From the IMG/VR virus record IMGVR_UViG_3300045391_006539: a DNA stretch of 64,000 nucleotides; one strand, given 5' to 3'. The DNA is from a virus (lineage: Duplodnaviria; Caudoviricetes). The notes below the pieces were generated by a model. The model was not told where the DNA came from. It saw only the letters and a program-made list of their open reading frames with translations, and searched no databases. Both the position numbers and the translations under genes were made by a program. Below, one piece after another: positions 44,120 to 53,072 of this stretch (within the stretch, counting starts at the first letter, position 1; each line of letters opens with the position of its first letter).

Positions 44120-47100
44120 ATGGGCAACGCCTACGGGACACGTCTCCGACTGCGGCTCTTTCTCGAGGGCATCGAGGTGCCCATCATCAGCGCCAACGTG
44201 CGCTCGGCGCCGAATAGTCCTTCGGCCGCCTCCATTCAGATTCCACCCCTGCCCGAGGGCACGCGCTTTCTACCGCGCACGCTCGTACACGTCTACTTCC
44301 TCGACCTCTACGAGCAGACGAGCCCCCTCATCCGCAAGCTGCCCGATGGCGCCGGCGCCCACCAGAAGGCGCTCGACGGCAAGCCACCGGCGACAGACCC
44401 GACCGAGGGCACGCAGAGTCTCGGGCAGGGGATGCTGGATAGTCCCAACGGGCAGTACAAGCTGCTGTTCGGGGGCGAGGTCGTCGGCTTCCAGTGGACC
44501 AAGAACGCCTCGGCGCGCTCGCTCGTCTTGCAGTGCCTGGACTGGTCGAACTATTGGGACTATGCCTACCAGTGGGGCAACACCGACATCTTCGGCCCCG
44601 GTATCAAGGCGGTCTTTTCGGGCGGCGCGACCAATCTGTTCACGGACTTCTTGACCAGCAAGGGCAGCGCGCTCACGCGCATCGCCACCTCGGGCAAGTG
44701 CAACTCGTTTCCCAAGCTGCGGGGCCTCGCTGCGGGCATCGTCCGGCTCATCGAGGCCATCGGTGGGTCTTTCTACCCAAAGGCCTCTCCAGGACAAACG
44801 CCCAAGAAGCTCGCGGGTCAGAACCTGTTCTTCTCCAGTGCCGAGCTGCGTCTGCACATCACGCACATGGTGGCGGCCTTCGAAGACGACCCGACGAGTT
44901 CGAAGATACTCCGGCGCCAGGGCTATGCCGGTATGTTCGACCGCATGCTGGGTGGGCTCGGAGCTCAGGTGAGCATCCGCAAGGCCATCAATGCCTTGCA
45001 GGGCGTGATGTTCCATGAGACGTACGGGCAGCCCTGTCCCTACTTCAAGCCGAGCAGCTCGAACCAGACCGAGACCGTTACGGTACGAGGTGCCGATGAC
45101 CCCCGTCTCGCTCCACTCGTGCAAGCAGCCCAAGAGGCCCTCGGCGTGGTCAAGGGACTACGCTCGGCGCCGCGCGCCGACCTCATCGACATCGCAGACA
45201 ACCCCGCGGCCGTCGCCTCCGCCGAAGGCGTGCGTAACACCCAGACCGAATTCCTGACCGTGGTACGCCAAAACCTGCGTCAGGCCATCGCTGCCATCGG
45301 GTCTCGCGCGCCGGCAAGTCTCACGGGCAAGCTGAGCCAGGCAGCCATGCTCAGCGGAAAAGCAGCCGTTGCGCGCAGCAAGGTCAGCGTTCAAGCCACC
45401 GAGCTCGGTTACAAGGACTACTACGCATTACTCGACAAAATCATCGCTCTTCTCACTACGGCAATCAGCACCAAGTCGGCGCGCGTGACGCGCATCATTC
45501 AGGGCGACCCGCCACGCTTGAACCAGCACATCCTGCGTCCCGACATCTGGTTCGGAGCCCCGCCGCGCTGCAACGTGCTCTTCCCCGATGACTACGACTC
45601 GCTCAGCTACCAGCGCATGTTCCTCGAAGAGCCCACGCGCTTCCTGCTCAAGACCAACGATGAGTTCTTCGGCGAGGACTTCCTCTTCGACAAGTTCTAC
45701 TTCGCCCCGCAAGCAGGGAGTGTGAGCAAGGACAAGGCGCGCATCCTCGACGTGCTGAGGAACGACATGCTCGAGCACGAGCTCTTCACCGGCATCCTGC
45801 CCGTATTCGAGAAGATGGGCGAGTTCAACGTCTTCGCTGCCAAGAGCGGCACCGACAAGACCACGAGCAAGAACGGCCTGGCCCAGCGCAGCACCAACTT
45901 CCTCTACTTCAAGCACCGCTTCGCCTCACGCCAGATGCAAATCTCGGGGCGCTTCAATCCCTACATCGCCGTGGGCTTCCCGGGTCTCGTCATTGACAAG
46001 TACGTCGACCAGGTCACCATCCGCACCTACAACGACCTGCTCGCTCGCGAGAACGACCGGCGCACGGTCAACGGCCTCGACAACCTGAGCCCCTCGCGCG
46101 TGCTCGGCACCAATTTCCTCGCCAATTTCACCGAGGTGAGCCACCACGTCTCCCAGGCCGAGAGCACTGGACGCACGCTCATCAACTGCGGCTACGCTCG
46201 TCAGCCCGACGAGAGCATCGAGTTCCTCGGCGCTTTACCCGAGGAGCAGCTCGTACGCAAGCGGCAAGACAAGGACGCCCTGAGGGCGACAGACGTCGCC
46301 GCCATCACACCCCCGAAACTCGGTGCCATCGGGCCCATGGGTGGCAAGATAGTCAACGTCACCGATGTCACGTCCCAATACACTCGGCAATCCGGGTCGA
46401 GCAAACCTCTTCCTCTCTTTGGACGCACGCGCCGAGACCAAGGTGGGCAGCTCCGAGCCCCGCGCGTCCAAGTCGGGGTACCCACATCTGGAGCAGCTCT
46501 TCAGTCTCCCGATGTATCAACTCTCACAGGAGGACGAGATGTTCCTGTTGTCTTCCGCGCTTATCGAGTGGACGAGGAAATAGCGCGGTACAAGAAGGAG
46601 CCCGTCATCCTACCGGCGGAGGAGTTCATCCGCCCCGGTTGGTATGGTGACATCTGGAGTCCGCCCAACATCGGCAAGGTCTACGAAGACTTCTTCGGCA
46701 CGGGAGCCATCACCGACTCCCAAAGCGTGACCGACGCAAACATGGGCAATCGCTCGGTGCCGAGTGAAGACATGGCCGATGCGAATCTCGAGGCGAGCCA
46801 AGCCGAGGCTTCTGACGACCCCCGGCGCTTTGCTCCAGCCGTGGTGGCTCTCGACAAGAATGCGAGCATCCAGCAAGCTGTGGACTTCCTTCTGCTCACC
46901 TACAGCTTTGCCAAGCTGAGTGGGGCAGACGTCGACCAATTCGTCAGGAGTTACACATGGCGACCCATCGCCACGATGGTAGATATGCTCGGCACCTCAG
47001 ACCTGAAGTTCAGCAACGACGGTCAGAAGGTACTGAGCGGCATCGAAGGCTTTCACTCGAGAGCTTTCGGCCCGTACGACAACCTGTTCGGGCTCGTCAA

Positions 47101-47236
47101 TCCAGAGATAGAAAACATTCTTGGCATCAAACGTGGGAGTACCGCCGCTCAAAAAGCCGATACTCGAAAGCGCAGATACGAGGCGGTGCAGAGCTATGTG
47201 AGCGCTCTGCTGTTCAGCCGTGGTTTGCTGGGTTGA
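44120..47236 (+). CDS. Putative baseplate hub protein (gp27/VgrG-like)
   Basis: RLFLEGIEVP..A.IQIP, LFGGEVVG..RSLVLQC.D, GRFNPYIAVGFPG; 1038 aa; tail context. Confidence 0.6.
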   Translation: MGNAYGTRLRLRLFLEGIEVPIISANVRSAPNSPSAASIQIPPLPEGTRFLPRTLVHVYFLDLYEQTSPLIRKLPDGAGAHQKALDGKPPATDPTEGTQSLGQGMLDSPNGQYKLLFGGEVVGFQWTKNASARSLVLQCLDWSNYWDYAYQWGNTDIFGPGIKAVFSGGATNLFTDFLTSKGSALTRIATSGKCNSFPKLRGLAAGIVRLIEAIGGSFYPKASPGQTPKKLAGQNLFFSSAELRLHITHMVAAFEDDPTSSKILRRQGYAGMFDRMLGGLGAQVSIRKAINALQGVMFHETYGQPCPYFKPSSSNQTETVTVRGADDPRLAPLVQAAQEALGVVKGLRSAPRADLIDIADNPAAVASAEGVRNTQTEFLTVVRQNLRQAIAAIGSRAPASLTGKLSQAAMLSGKAAVARSKVSVQATELGYKDYYALLDKIIALLTTAISTKSARVTRIIQGDPPRLNQHILRPDIWFGAPPRCNVLFPDDYDSLSYQRMFLEEPTRFLLKTNDEFFGEDFLFDKFYFAPQAGSVSKDKARILDVLRNDMLEHELFTGILPVFEKMGEFNVFAAKSGTDKTTSKNGLAQRSTNFLYFKHRFASRQMQISGRFNPYIAVGFPGLVIDKYVDQVTIRTYNDLLARENDRRTVNGLDNLSPSRVLGTNFLANFTEVSHHVSQAESTGRTLINCGYARQPDESIEFLGALPEEQLVRKRQDKDALRATDVAAITPPKLGAIGPMGGKIVNVTDVTSQYTRQSGSSKPLPLFGRTRRDQGGQLRAPRVQVGVPTSGAALQSPDVSTLTGGRDVPVVFRAYRVDEEIARYKKEPVILPAEEFIRPGWYGDIWSPPNIGKVYEDFFGTGAITDSQSVTDANMGNRSVPSEDMADANLEASQAEASDDPRRFAPAVVALDKNASIQQAVDFLLLTYSFAKLSGADVDQFVRSYTWRPIATMVDMLGTSDLKFSNDGQKVLSGIEGFHSRAFGPYDNLFGLVNPEIENILGIKRGSTAAQKADTRKRRYEAVQSYVSALLFSRGLLG

Positions 47237-47373
47237 CGGGCCCCACCGCGACGAATCACTGCGTCTACACCATCACCAATAGTGCGACGGGCTCGACGCT
47301 GGTCTACGAGGATGGGCGCCTGCGGAAGATAATCGACCACAACACGGGCGGCCTCACCATCACTGTTTACTAG
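47233..47373 (+). CDS. Possible 46-aa protein
   Basis: TTG start overlapping the hub stop (TTGA); coding-like GC3. Confidence 0.3.
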   Translation: MTGPTATNHCVYTITNSATGSTLVYEDGRLRKIIDHNTGGLTITVY

Positions 47374-47627
47374 TCTTTGGGCTCCATGGCAGTGGCGGCG
47401 CCCGAGAGATTGAGCTCGACTCCAGACGTTAGATAGTCGATGGCCTGCTTCAGGGCCTGGAGCTCATGTTCATCGAGAGTGACTCCTTCTCGTTTGTGTG
47501 AATGAGCATGCAGGCGCACGCCTACATCAGGATGAACGATGAGCCAGACACTGTCGTTCTCATAGACATCCTTGGGATGCTTGATGACCATCTCGAACCC
47601 GTCTTTTGGAAGTTTGAGTTTCTCCAT
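47370..47627 (-). CDS. Hypothetical protein (MEKLKLPK...)
   Basis: Start re-called to ATG 47627 to avoid overlap with the + gene. Confidence 0.5.
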   Translation of the reverse strand: MEKLKLPKDGFEMVIKHPKDVYENDSVWLIVHPDVGVRLHAHSHKREGVTLDEHELQALKQAIDYLTSGVELNLSGAATAMEPKD

Positions 47628-47688
47628 GACGCGCAGGATGCCACCCGTCTTCCCCGAAATCCAGGCCGAGTGGTAAAACATCGGGACG

Positions 47689-49062
47689 ATGCCTTCACTC
47701 CTCCGCTGGAAGTTGCCGAAATCCCGGACTGGGCGTAGACCCATCAGCGTCGCCAAACTCTTGAAGCGGGAAGCAGAGGGTGTCGTCTTCAAGAAGCATG
47801 GCTTCAAGCTCGATGGGGAGACCACCTTTCAAGGACTCGGCATCGCCATCGAGAATGGCGTGGGTTCGACGCGCAAGGGAAAGGATGCTGACGGTACTCC
47901 GTGGTCTATTACCTACAAGTCTCCGTATGGTTATGTGCGGGGGACCAAAGGCGCAGACGGAGAAGAGGTCGATTGCTACGTCGGACCCGAGCGAGATGCC
48001 GATACCGCTTACGTCGTTCACCAAAAGAAGGATGACGGTAGTTACGACGAAGACACGGTCATGCTGGGCTACGCTTCCAAAGCCGACGCCAAGGCTGACA
48101 TTCTGCGTCACTACTCCAATCCCAAGTACGTTGGCGAAGTTGTCCCAGTCGCGATGGACCGGCTCCAGAAGCTTTTCTCTTCAGGCGAGAAACTGGTCAA
48201 GATTAGCGCTGCGACCCATGATTACGACTACCCCGAACTGGACCCTCACGAGACTGGCGGTGCTGCCCGCCCCTGGCGTCGGCGAGAGGAAGCACCTCCG
48301 AGAGACGAGGTAGAAATCATGCCCACACCCAAGGTCGAGCAGCGCGGAGACTACGCAGGGACCTCTTACGCCGGCACGCTGGCGACTCCAGGTGGCTTCG
48401 AGGACCTCGGCAAGACGGCGCAAGGCCTTCGGGCACTGAACTACATGAGCCGAGACTGGGTCAAGGAGGGCATGGACCCAGGTACGCCCATGAGCCCGCC
48501 CCGCTTTCCGAAGATGGACCGGGTGCGTGACAACACGCTCGAGCTCCAGAGTCACGGGTTGCACGTCAACGACATCTCGCCCGAATACGTGGCGGATAAC
48601 AAGGAAGCGGCAGCACGCCGTGGCTTCTTCGACCATCTGCAGAAGGTGGCCTTCCAGAACGGCATCCCGCCCTGGCGGGGGTCACTCGGAGAGTTCGAGG
48701 CCTTCGTGAGCGAGAAGCTCGCCGAGGTGACGCGTGAACAAGCCAACGAGGCTGTAGAACGCCTCGATGCCATCGAGCACAGCCGGCCCACGCTCGGGCA
48801 GCTCTCGCGGGGCGCCCTCATCGGTTCGCTCGTGGGTCCTATCTCGAGCAACACGAGCAAGCTCATCTCGTCAGGGCATCTACACAGTCCACGAGACATC
48901 GCCGGGCAGATTGCCGGCGGAGTGGTCTTCGGTACGGCAGCACCTCTTCTCAAATACAAGGTCGAGAGCGGCGCCGAGCGCAAGGTCCTCGAGGACTACA
49001 TCAACCAGGGTCACGGGGGGCGTCTCGCCACCCAGATTGAACACAAGCTGGGAGAGTCATGA
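47689..49062 (+). CDS. Polyvalent-protein-type inorganic pyrophosphatase (InPase) domain followed by K-x-A segments
   Basis: IAIEN..GS.R.G.D..G.PW....YGY..GT.GADGE.VD.YVGP..VVHQ..YDE..VMLGY; VKISA, GKTAQ, QKVAF, EKLAE. Confidence 0.75.
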   Translation: MPSLLRWKLPKSRTGRRPISVAKLLKREAEGVVFKKHGFKLDGETTFQGLGIAIENGVGSTRKGKDADGTPWSITYKSPYGYVRGTKGADGEEVDCYVGPERDADTAYVVHQKKDDGSYDEDTVMLGYASKADAKADILRHYSNPKYVGEVVPVAMDRLQKLFSSGEKLVKISAATHDYDYPELDPHETGGAARPWRRREEAPPRDEVEIMPTPKVEQRGDYAGTSYAGTLATPGGFEDLGKTAQGLRALNYMSRDWVKEGMDPGTPMSPPRFPKMDRVRDNTLELQSHGLHVNDISPEYVADNKEAAARRGFFDHLQKVAFQNGIPPWRGSLGEFEAFVSEKLAEVTREQANEAVERLDAIEHSRPTLGQLSRGALIGSLVGPISSNTSKLISSGHLHSPRDIAGQIAGGVVFGTAAPLLKYKVESGAERKVLEDYINQGHGGRLATQIEHKLGES

Positions 49063-49307
49063 AATTCGAATATTGCCTGGAAGCACTGGAGAAGCACGCG
49101 GGTCTCGGTGACAGCCTCAAGCGGCTGGCGCTGACGGAGATTCCGGGTACGAAGCCTTGGGTCATCCAGCCCGCAAAGGCCACGGCCTCAGCAGGCTTTG
49201 GCAAGGCCACGCGCAGTATGAGCGGCGTGCGCCCAGCCACCAAACGACTCGCGAGTGGTGCCTATGACGTGAGCCACATGGCTCGACAGATGGGGCTCGA
49301 CAAGTAA
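49059..49307 (+). CDS. Small K-x-A protein
   Basis: MKFEYCLEALEKHAG leader; ATGA-coupled. Confidence 0.6.
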   Translation: MKFEYCLEALEKHAGLGDSLKRLALTEIPGTKPWVIQPAKATASAGFGKATRSMSGVRPATKRLASGAYDVSHMARQMGLDK

Positions 49308-49310
49308 GCC

Positions 49311-50396
49311 ATGCCTGCTTGGATTCACCAGAGGGCGCGGCACATCATGTCCAGGAACCCGGACATGGAGGAAGGACTCGCCTTTGCACTGGCGACACAG
49401 CAATCCCATGCGCTCGGGAAGAGTCCAAAGTCCTACGGTACGGAAGAAGGCCGCTCGACGGCCAAGAAGAAGTACAAGGACCCCAAGGTCATGAAGAAGA
49501 CCGCCTTCGTCGAAGCGCTGCCGAGTCTCACGGGACTCGCCACGGGCTATGGTCCAGGGCGCGGCATTGCCGGCAACACGGCGGCCGTGCTCGCGCCCGA
49601 GGGCCGCGTGCATCGGTCGGACAACATGGCCCGCAATCTCGGAGCCGTGGCCGTACCCGTCGGTGGTCTCGTGGCCATGGGCCTCACGCATCACAAGGGC
49701 CTGGCGGGCAAACTCGGCAAGCTGGTCGAGGGCAAGTTCCCAAGAGGCCTCATCGCCGACCCGAACATCGAGCAGGAGCTCGTGCGGGTGGGTACTCCTG
49801 CCGCTGCAGCCATGGGTGGCAGCCTCGCCGGCGGTGCCCTCATGGGTGGCCTCGTGGGTGGCATTCAGAGACTCCGTGGCCCCCTCGGTCGTGACAAGGA
49901 GGCCTCCATCGACATGGGCGCAACCATGTTCACCCTGACCAAGAGCGCCTTCAACACCAACCAGTACTCGGGCGTGATGAACCCACCGAGCATGGTCTAC
50001 GCGAGTGGCATTCCAGGCTTCCAAGAACCGCCCGTGAAGACGGCAGGGCCACCGCCGCCCGAGGAGGATGAACCTCTACCCCGGTCCAAGATGGCGAGCG
50101 CTCTCGAACAACTCGAAGAGCGCGAGCTTCATGGGCCTGGCATTCGCGTGCCCAACGTGGTGCTCTCGGCCGTGGAGGATGGCGTGCGCTTTGGTCGGCG
50201 CTACGTGCACGCGGAGGACCAGGAGAAGACGGGTGCCTCGGGCATGTTCACACCCATGAGCCAGCTCGGCAAGGCCAAGAGCGTGGGTCTACCCAAGGTG
50301 ACCACCCCACCCGGTCCCTCCATCGCCCAAATATCGAAACCCACAGGGTTTGGTCGCCCCATCTCGGGAGCCGCGAAGGGCAACAACATCATCTGA
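49311..50396 (+). CDS. K-x-A / Gly-zipper protein
   Basis: KKTAF, DKEAS, TKSAF, VKTAG, SKMAS. Confidence 0.65.
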   Translation: MPAWIHQRARHIMSRNPDMEEGLAFALATQQSHALGKSPKSYGTEEGRSTAKKKYKDPKVMKKTAFVEALPSLTGLATGYGPGRGIAGNTAAVLAPEGRVHRSDNMARNLGAVAVPVGGLVAMGLTHHKGLAGKLGKLVEGKFPRGLIADPNIEQELVRVGTPAAAAMGGSLAGGALMGGLVGGIQRLRGPLGRDKEASIDMGATMFTLTKSAFNTNQYSGVMNPPSMVYASGIPGFQEPPVKTAGPPPPEEDEPLPRSKMASALEQLEERELHGPGIRVPNVVLSAVEDGVRFGRRYVHAEDQEKTGASGMFTPMSQLGKAKSVGLPKVTTPPGPSIAQISKPTGFGRPISGAAKGNNII

Positions 50397-50409
50397 GAAC
50401 CTGGGATAA
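50383..50409 (+). promoter_or_regulatory. Sigma28-like promoter ACAA-N15-TGGGATAA
   Basis: Motif copy; ATG 50418 lies 8 nt after it. Confidence 0.6.
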
Positions 50410-50417
50410 TGCCGGTG

Positions 50418-51035
50418 ATGAAAGACACCGGCTGTCCCATCGTGGATAGGTGCCTCGAGTACCTGCGCGCAGCCGCCGACTTGCGCCTCATGGCGACGGT
50501 GGGCGCCGTTCACGAGCTTCTCTACCGCTACGACTCCATCCCCTCGTCGCCTTACCATACGCAACTTCGTGGCTTCATCGCCATCGAAGAGATGGTCAGG
50601 GCGACAAATTACTACATCCGAGCGCAGGGACGCAACGAGCTCCTGTGCTCCTGCGCTCGCTCTTGGGCAGGGCTGACACAGCAGCTCGACCAGTTGAACG
50701 AGCTCCGTGGGTCGCTCGAGCTCGAACGCACGGAACTCGAACTGCAAGGGGCTCCAAGAACCCTCGAGCTCAGCCTTCCACTCTCTTCCACACGTGAACA
50801 GACGGAAGCACGGTTCCGGCTCTTTCGCGAGTATCGCGTCACGACCCATCTGCTCACCGTCTACGGGGGCATAGAGAACGCCGTGCGAGTCTTGCGCCCA
50901 TACCTCAGGAACTATCTGGTCTCGGTGTCTTCCGTGGGCGTAGACCTCACACAGGTCTTTCACGAGGTGTACGGAGAGAAGGCCATTAATGAGATTCTCC
51001 AAACGACGAACATCATGATGAGTGTGCAGCTATGA
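50418..51035 (+). CDS. Hypothetical protein
   Basis: Start 50418 preferred because ATG 50409 overlaps the promoter. Confidence 0.55.
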   Translation: MKDTGCPIVDRCLEYLRAAADLRLMATVGAVHELLYRYDSIPSSPYHTQLRGFIAIEEMVRATNYYIRAQGRNELLCSCARSWAGLTQQLDQLNELRGSLELERTELELQGAPRTLELSLPLSSTREQTEARFRLFREYRVTTHLLTVYGGIENAVRVLRPYLRNYLVSVSSVGVDLTQVFHEVYGEKAINEILQTTNIMMSVQL

Positions 51036-51361
51036 CGGAACCGAGATACGTCACATTGCGAATGACTGCCGAGCACACACGCCAGCTCGCGGGTGGTGAT
51101 TGGTGGAACGGGACTCTCGAGGTGAGCTTCGAGACCCTCTACCCAGACATGGTGGGCATCATCGCCAAAAAACTCGATGGCATGGTGGTTCACGAAGGTG
51201 ACAGCATGAGCGGTCAAATCATCGACATGCTCAAGGAGCAGCTCGAACAGAAAGACCGTGAGATGGCCATCTACAAATTCAACACGGAGGCTGAACTCCA
51301 GCGGCTGCGAGCACTGGAGGCGCAGCTCAATTCCTTGGCTGCAATGCAGGTGATACGATAG
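51032..51361 (+). CDS. Hypothetical coiled-coil protein
   Basis: ATGA-coupled. Confidence 0.55.
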   Translation: MTEPRYVTLRMTAEHTRQLAGGDWWNGTLEVSFETLYPDMVGIIAKKLDGMVVHEGDSMSGQIIDMLKEQLEQKDREMAIYKFNTEAELQRLRALEAQLNSLAAMQVIR

Positions 51362-51366
51362 ACCGC

Positions 51367-51729
51367 ATGAAGAGCGAGCAAGACTTCCTCACCTATCTCG
51401 ACAAGACCTCCGAAGCCCTGGAGACCAACGACACGACCTCGACGAGCGCCACTGCCGAGGTCTACTCTTCACAGAAGAGTGAGGAGTGTACCGACCACGA
51501 ACCCGTGGAGTTCTCAGACACGGCGCAGAGCAGCAGCAAGGACGTGCGTGAAGGTGTCCTCGACCGCGTGCTCATCCACACGCAGAAGGAGCGGGCCCTC
51601 ATCGGCAACATCCTCGACGGCAAGAGCGTCGAAACACAAGCCATCCAACTCCGCCCTGTCGAGAAGGTCTCTCACCCCCGTTCTCAGACATTGATGGAGC
51701 AGACCCGAAATCTCCTCAACCGAGTCTGA
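51367..51729 (+). CDS. Hypothetical protein with a K-x-S variant leader
   Basis: FLTYLDKTS; TGA-TACGAT 7 nt before ATG. Confidence 0.55.
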   Translation: MKSEQDFLTYLDKTSEALETNDTTSTSATAEVYSSQKSEECTDHEPVEFSDTAQSSSKDVREGVLDRVLIHTQKERALIGNILDGKSVETQAIQLRPVEKVSHPRSQTLMEQTRNLLNRV

Positions 51730-51771
51730 AAGACTCACGGTTAGAGAGGAATAACGACCATGGAGGAAACC

Positions 51772-52524
51772 ATGGCAAAGAAAACTCCAATCGACGAGTA
51801 TTTCTCGGCAAAACTGGAGAAGCACGCGCAGCGTGACGCACGTGACATCGAGATGTGGCAGACGTGGAAAGGTAACCCCAACCCCACGACGCTCGAGCCC
51901 CTCCTCGACCGCTTCAAACCGACGTTCAATACGGCCGTGCGTAATTGGAAGGCGCCCAATACGAACGAGGCAGCGTTTCGAGCCGAGCTCATGACGCATG
52001 CCATCGGCGCCTTCGAGAACTACGACCCCACGCGTGGTGCGAGCCTGTCGACGCACCTCACTCGGCGCATCGAGAAGGCCAAGCGTTTCAACACGCGAGT
52101 CCAGAACCTCGCATACATCCCCGAGGACAAGGTCAAGTACATCGGCCCCATCGACTCGGCTGCCGACGACCTGCGTGACGAGCTCAATCGAGACCCGACC
52201 CACGCCGAGATTGGGGCGCGTGTGGGCCTCTCCGGCAAGCGAGTCAAGGAGATTCAGAGTCTACGCCGCGCCGACATCCGTGGCTCGGCCTTCGCGAGCG
52301 ACCCGGTGGGCCACACCTCGAGTCGGGACCAGGAAGTCATTTCCCTCTTGCGTCACGAGCTCAAGCCGGGGGATGAACAAACGGTCTTCGACCACATCTA
52401 CGGTCTCAACGGCAAGGCCAAGAACGAGAGCACGGGCACCATCGCTCGTCTCATGGGCAAGAGCGAGTCCCAGATATCTCGCATCAAGAATACTATCGCC
52501 AACAAGTACAAGCAGTTCGCTTGA
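51772..52524 (+). CDS. RNA polymerase sigma factor (sigma70 family group 3, FliA/WhiG/SigB-like)
   Basis: Region 2 AFENYDPTRGASLSTH; region 3 LRDELNRDPTHAEIGARVGLS; region 4 IYGL..IARLMGKSESQISRIK; ATG 51772 with SD GGAGG (alternative 51760). Confidence 0.85.
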   Translation: MAKKTPIDEYFSAKLEKHAQRDARDIEMWQTWKGNPNPTTLEPLLDRFKPTFNTAVRNWKAPNTNEAAFRAELMTHAIGAFENYDPTRGASLSTHLTRRIEKAKRFNTRVQNLAYIPEDKVKYIGPIDSAADDLRDELNRDPTHAEIGARVGLSGKRVKEIQSLRRADIRGSAFASDPVGHTSSRDQEVISLLRHELKPGDEQTVFDHIYGLNGKAKNESTGTIARLMGKSESQISRIKNTIANKYKQFA

Positions 52525-52529
52525 ATAGT

Positions 52530-52594
52530 CCCGCTTCGAGCGGGCATCTGACGGCCATCGAGGGTTTTCTCTGACTTTCCCCTCGGTGGCCGTC
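52530..52594. promoter_or_regulatory. Two tandem hairpins after the sigma gene
   Basis: CCCGCT-TCG-AGCGGG (52530-52544); GACGGCCATCGAGGG / CCCTCGGTGGCCGTC (52550-52594). Confidence 0.55.
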
Positions 52595-52609
52595 GCCATT
52601 TGGAGGTTC

Positions 52610-52891
52610 ATGAACGAAGTAGAAGTGAGAAGTGACGGTAGGACCGTGTGGGTGAACAGTGGGGTCTCTGGAGCGTGCGTCGGGCGCTTCAGTCGGTTCG
52701 GTATCGACATCCACAACGACTTGGAAGTACAGATGGCGAACGGTGGTCAGTGCCTCGACTGCACGCACCACCATCCAAGTCTCGCTGACTGGCAACGGTT
52801 TCGCAAAGGCATGCTCGACTTCTATGAGGTCGAGGTCGAGGAGAAGCATAGACCCCGCTGGGTGAAAGCCGATGACACCCAAGCGCCGTGA
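52610..52891 (+). CDS. Hypothetical protein
   Basis: ATG 52610 after GGAGG; CLDCTH. Confidence 0.55.
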   Translation: MNEVEVRSDGRTVWVNSGVSGACVGRFSRFGIDIHNDLEVQMANGGQCLDCTHHHPSLADWQRFRKGMLDFYEVEVEEKHRPRWVKADDTQAP

Positions 52892-53072
52892 GGAACTACG
52901 CGGTCTCGACGCGTCTCTAACTGTCGAGGAGATGAAAGAGGGCTGGCATTGGTGCGATGAGTTCGATGGACTGCTGACGCAGGGCGAGATAATGAGCGAG
53001 AAAGACAATCTCGTCTGCCTCTGCGGGTTCGACCGTAGGCGGGTGGACGAGTACCTAGCGGAGAAGAAGTAG
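52872..53072 (+). CDS. Small hypothetical protein
   Basis: GWHWCDEFDG..CLCG; abuts thyX. Confidence 0.55.
   Translation: MTPKRREELRGLDASLTVEEMKEGWHWCDEFDGLLTQGEIMSEKDNLVCLCGFDRRRVDEYLAEKK

Noticed and set aside
12058-47236. Tailocin, eCIS or T6SS locus
   Set aside because: Capsid and neck genes plus phage-type nucleotide enzymes are present; no T6SS membrane complex or bacterial housekeeping context
47648-47675. Sigma28-like promoter for the minus gene at 47627
   Set aside because: Both boxes deviate (TACC-N15-CGGGGAAG); too weak to count
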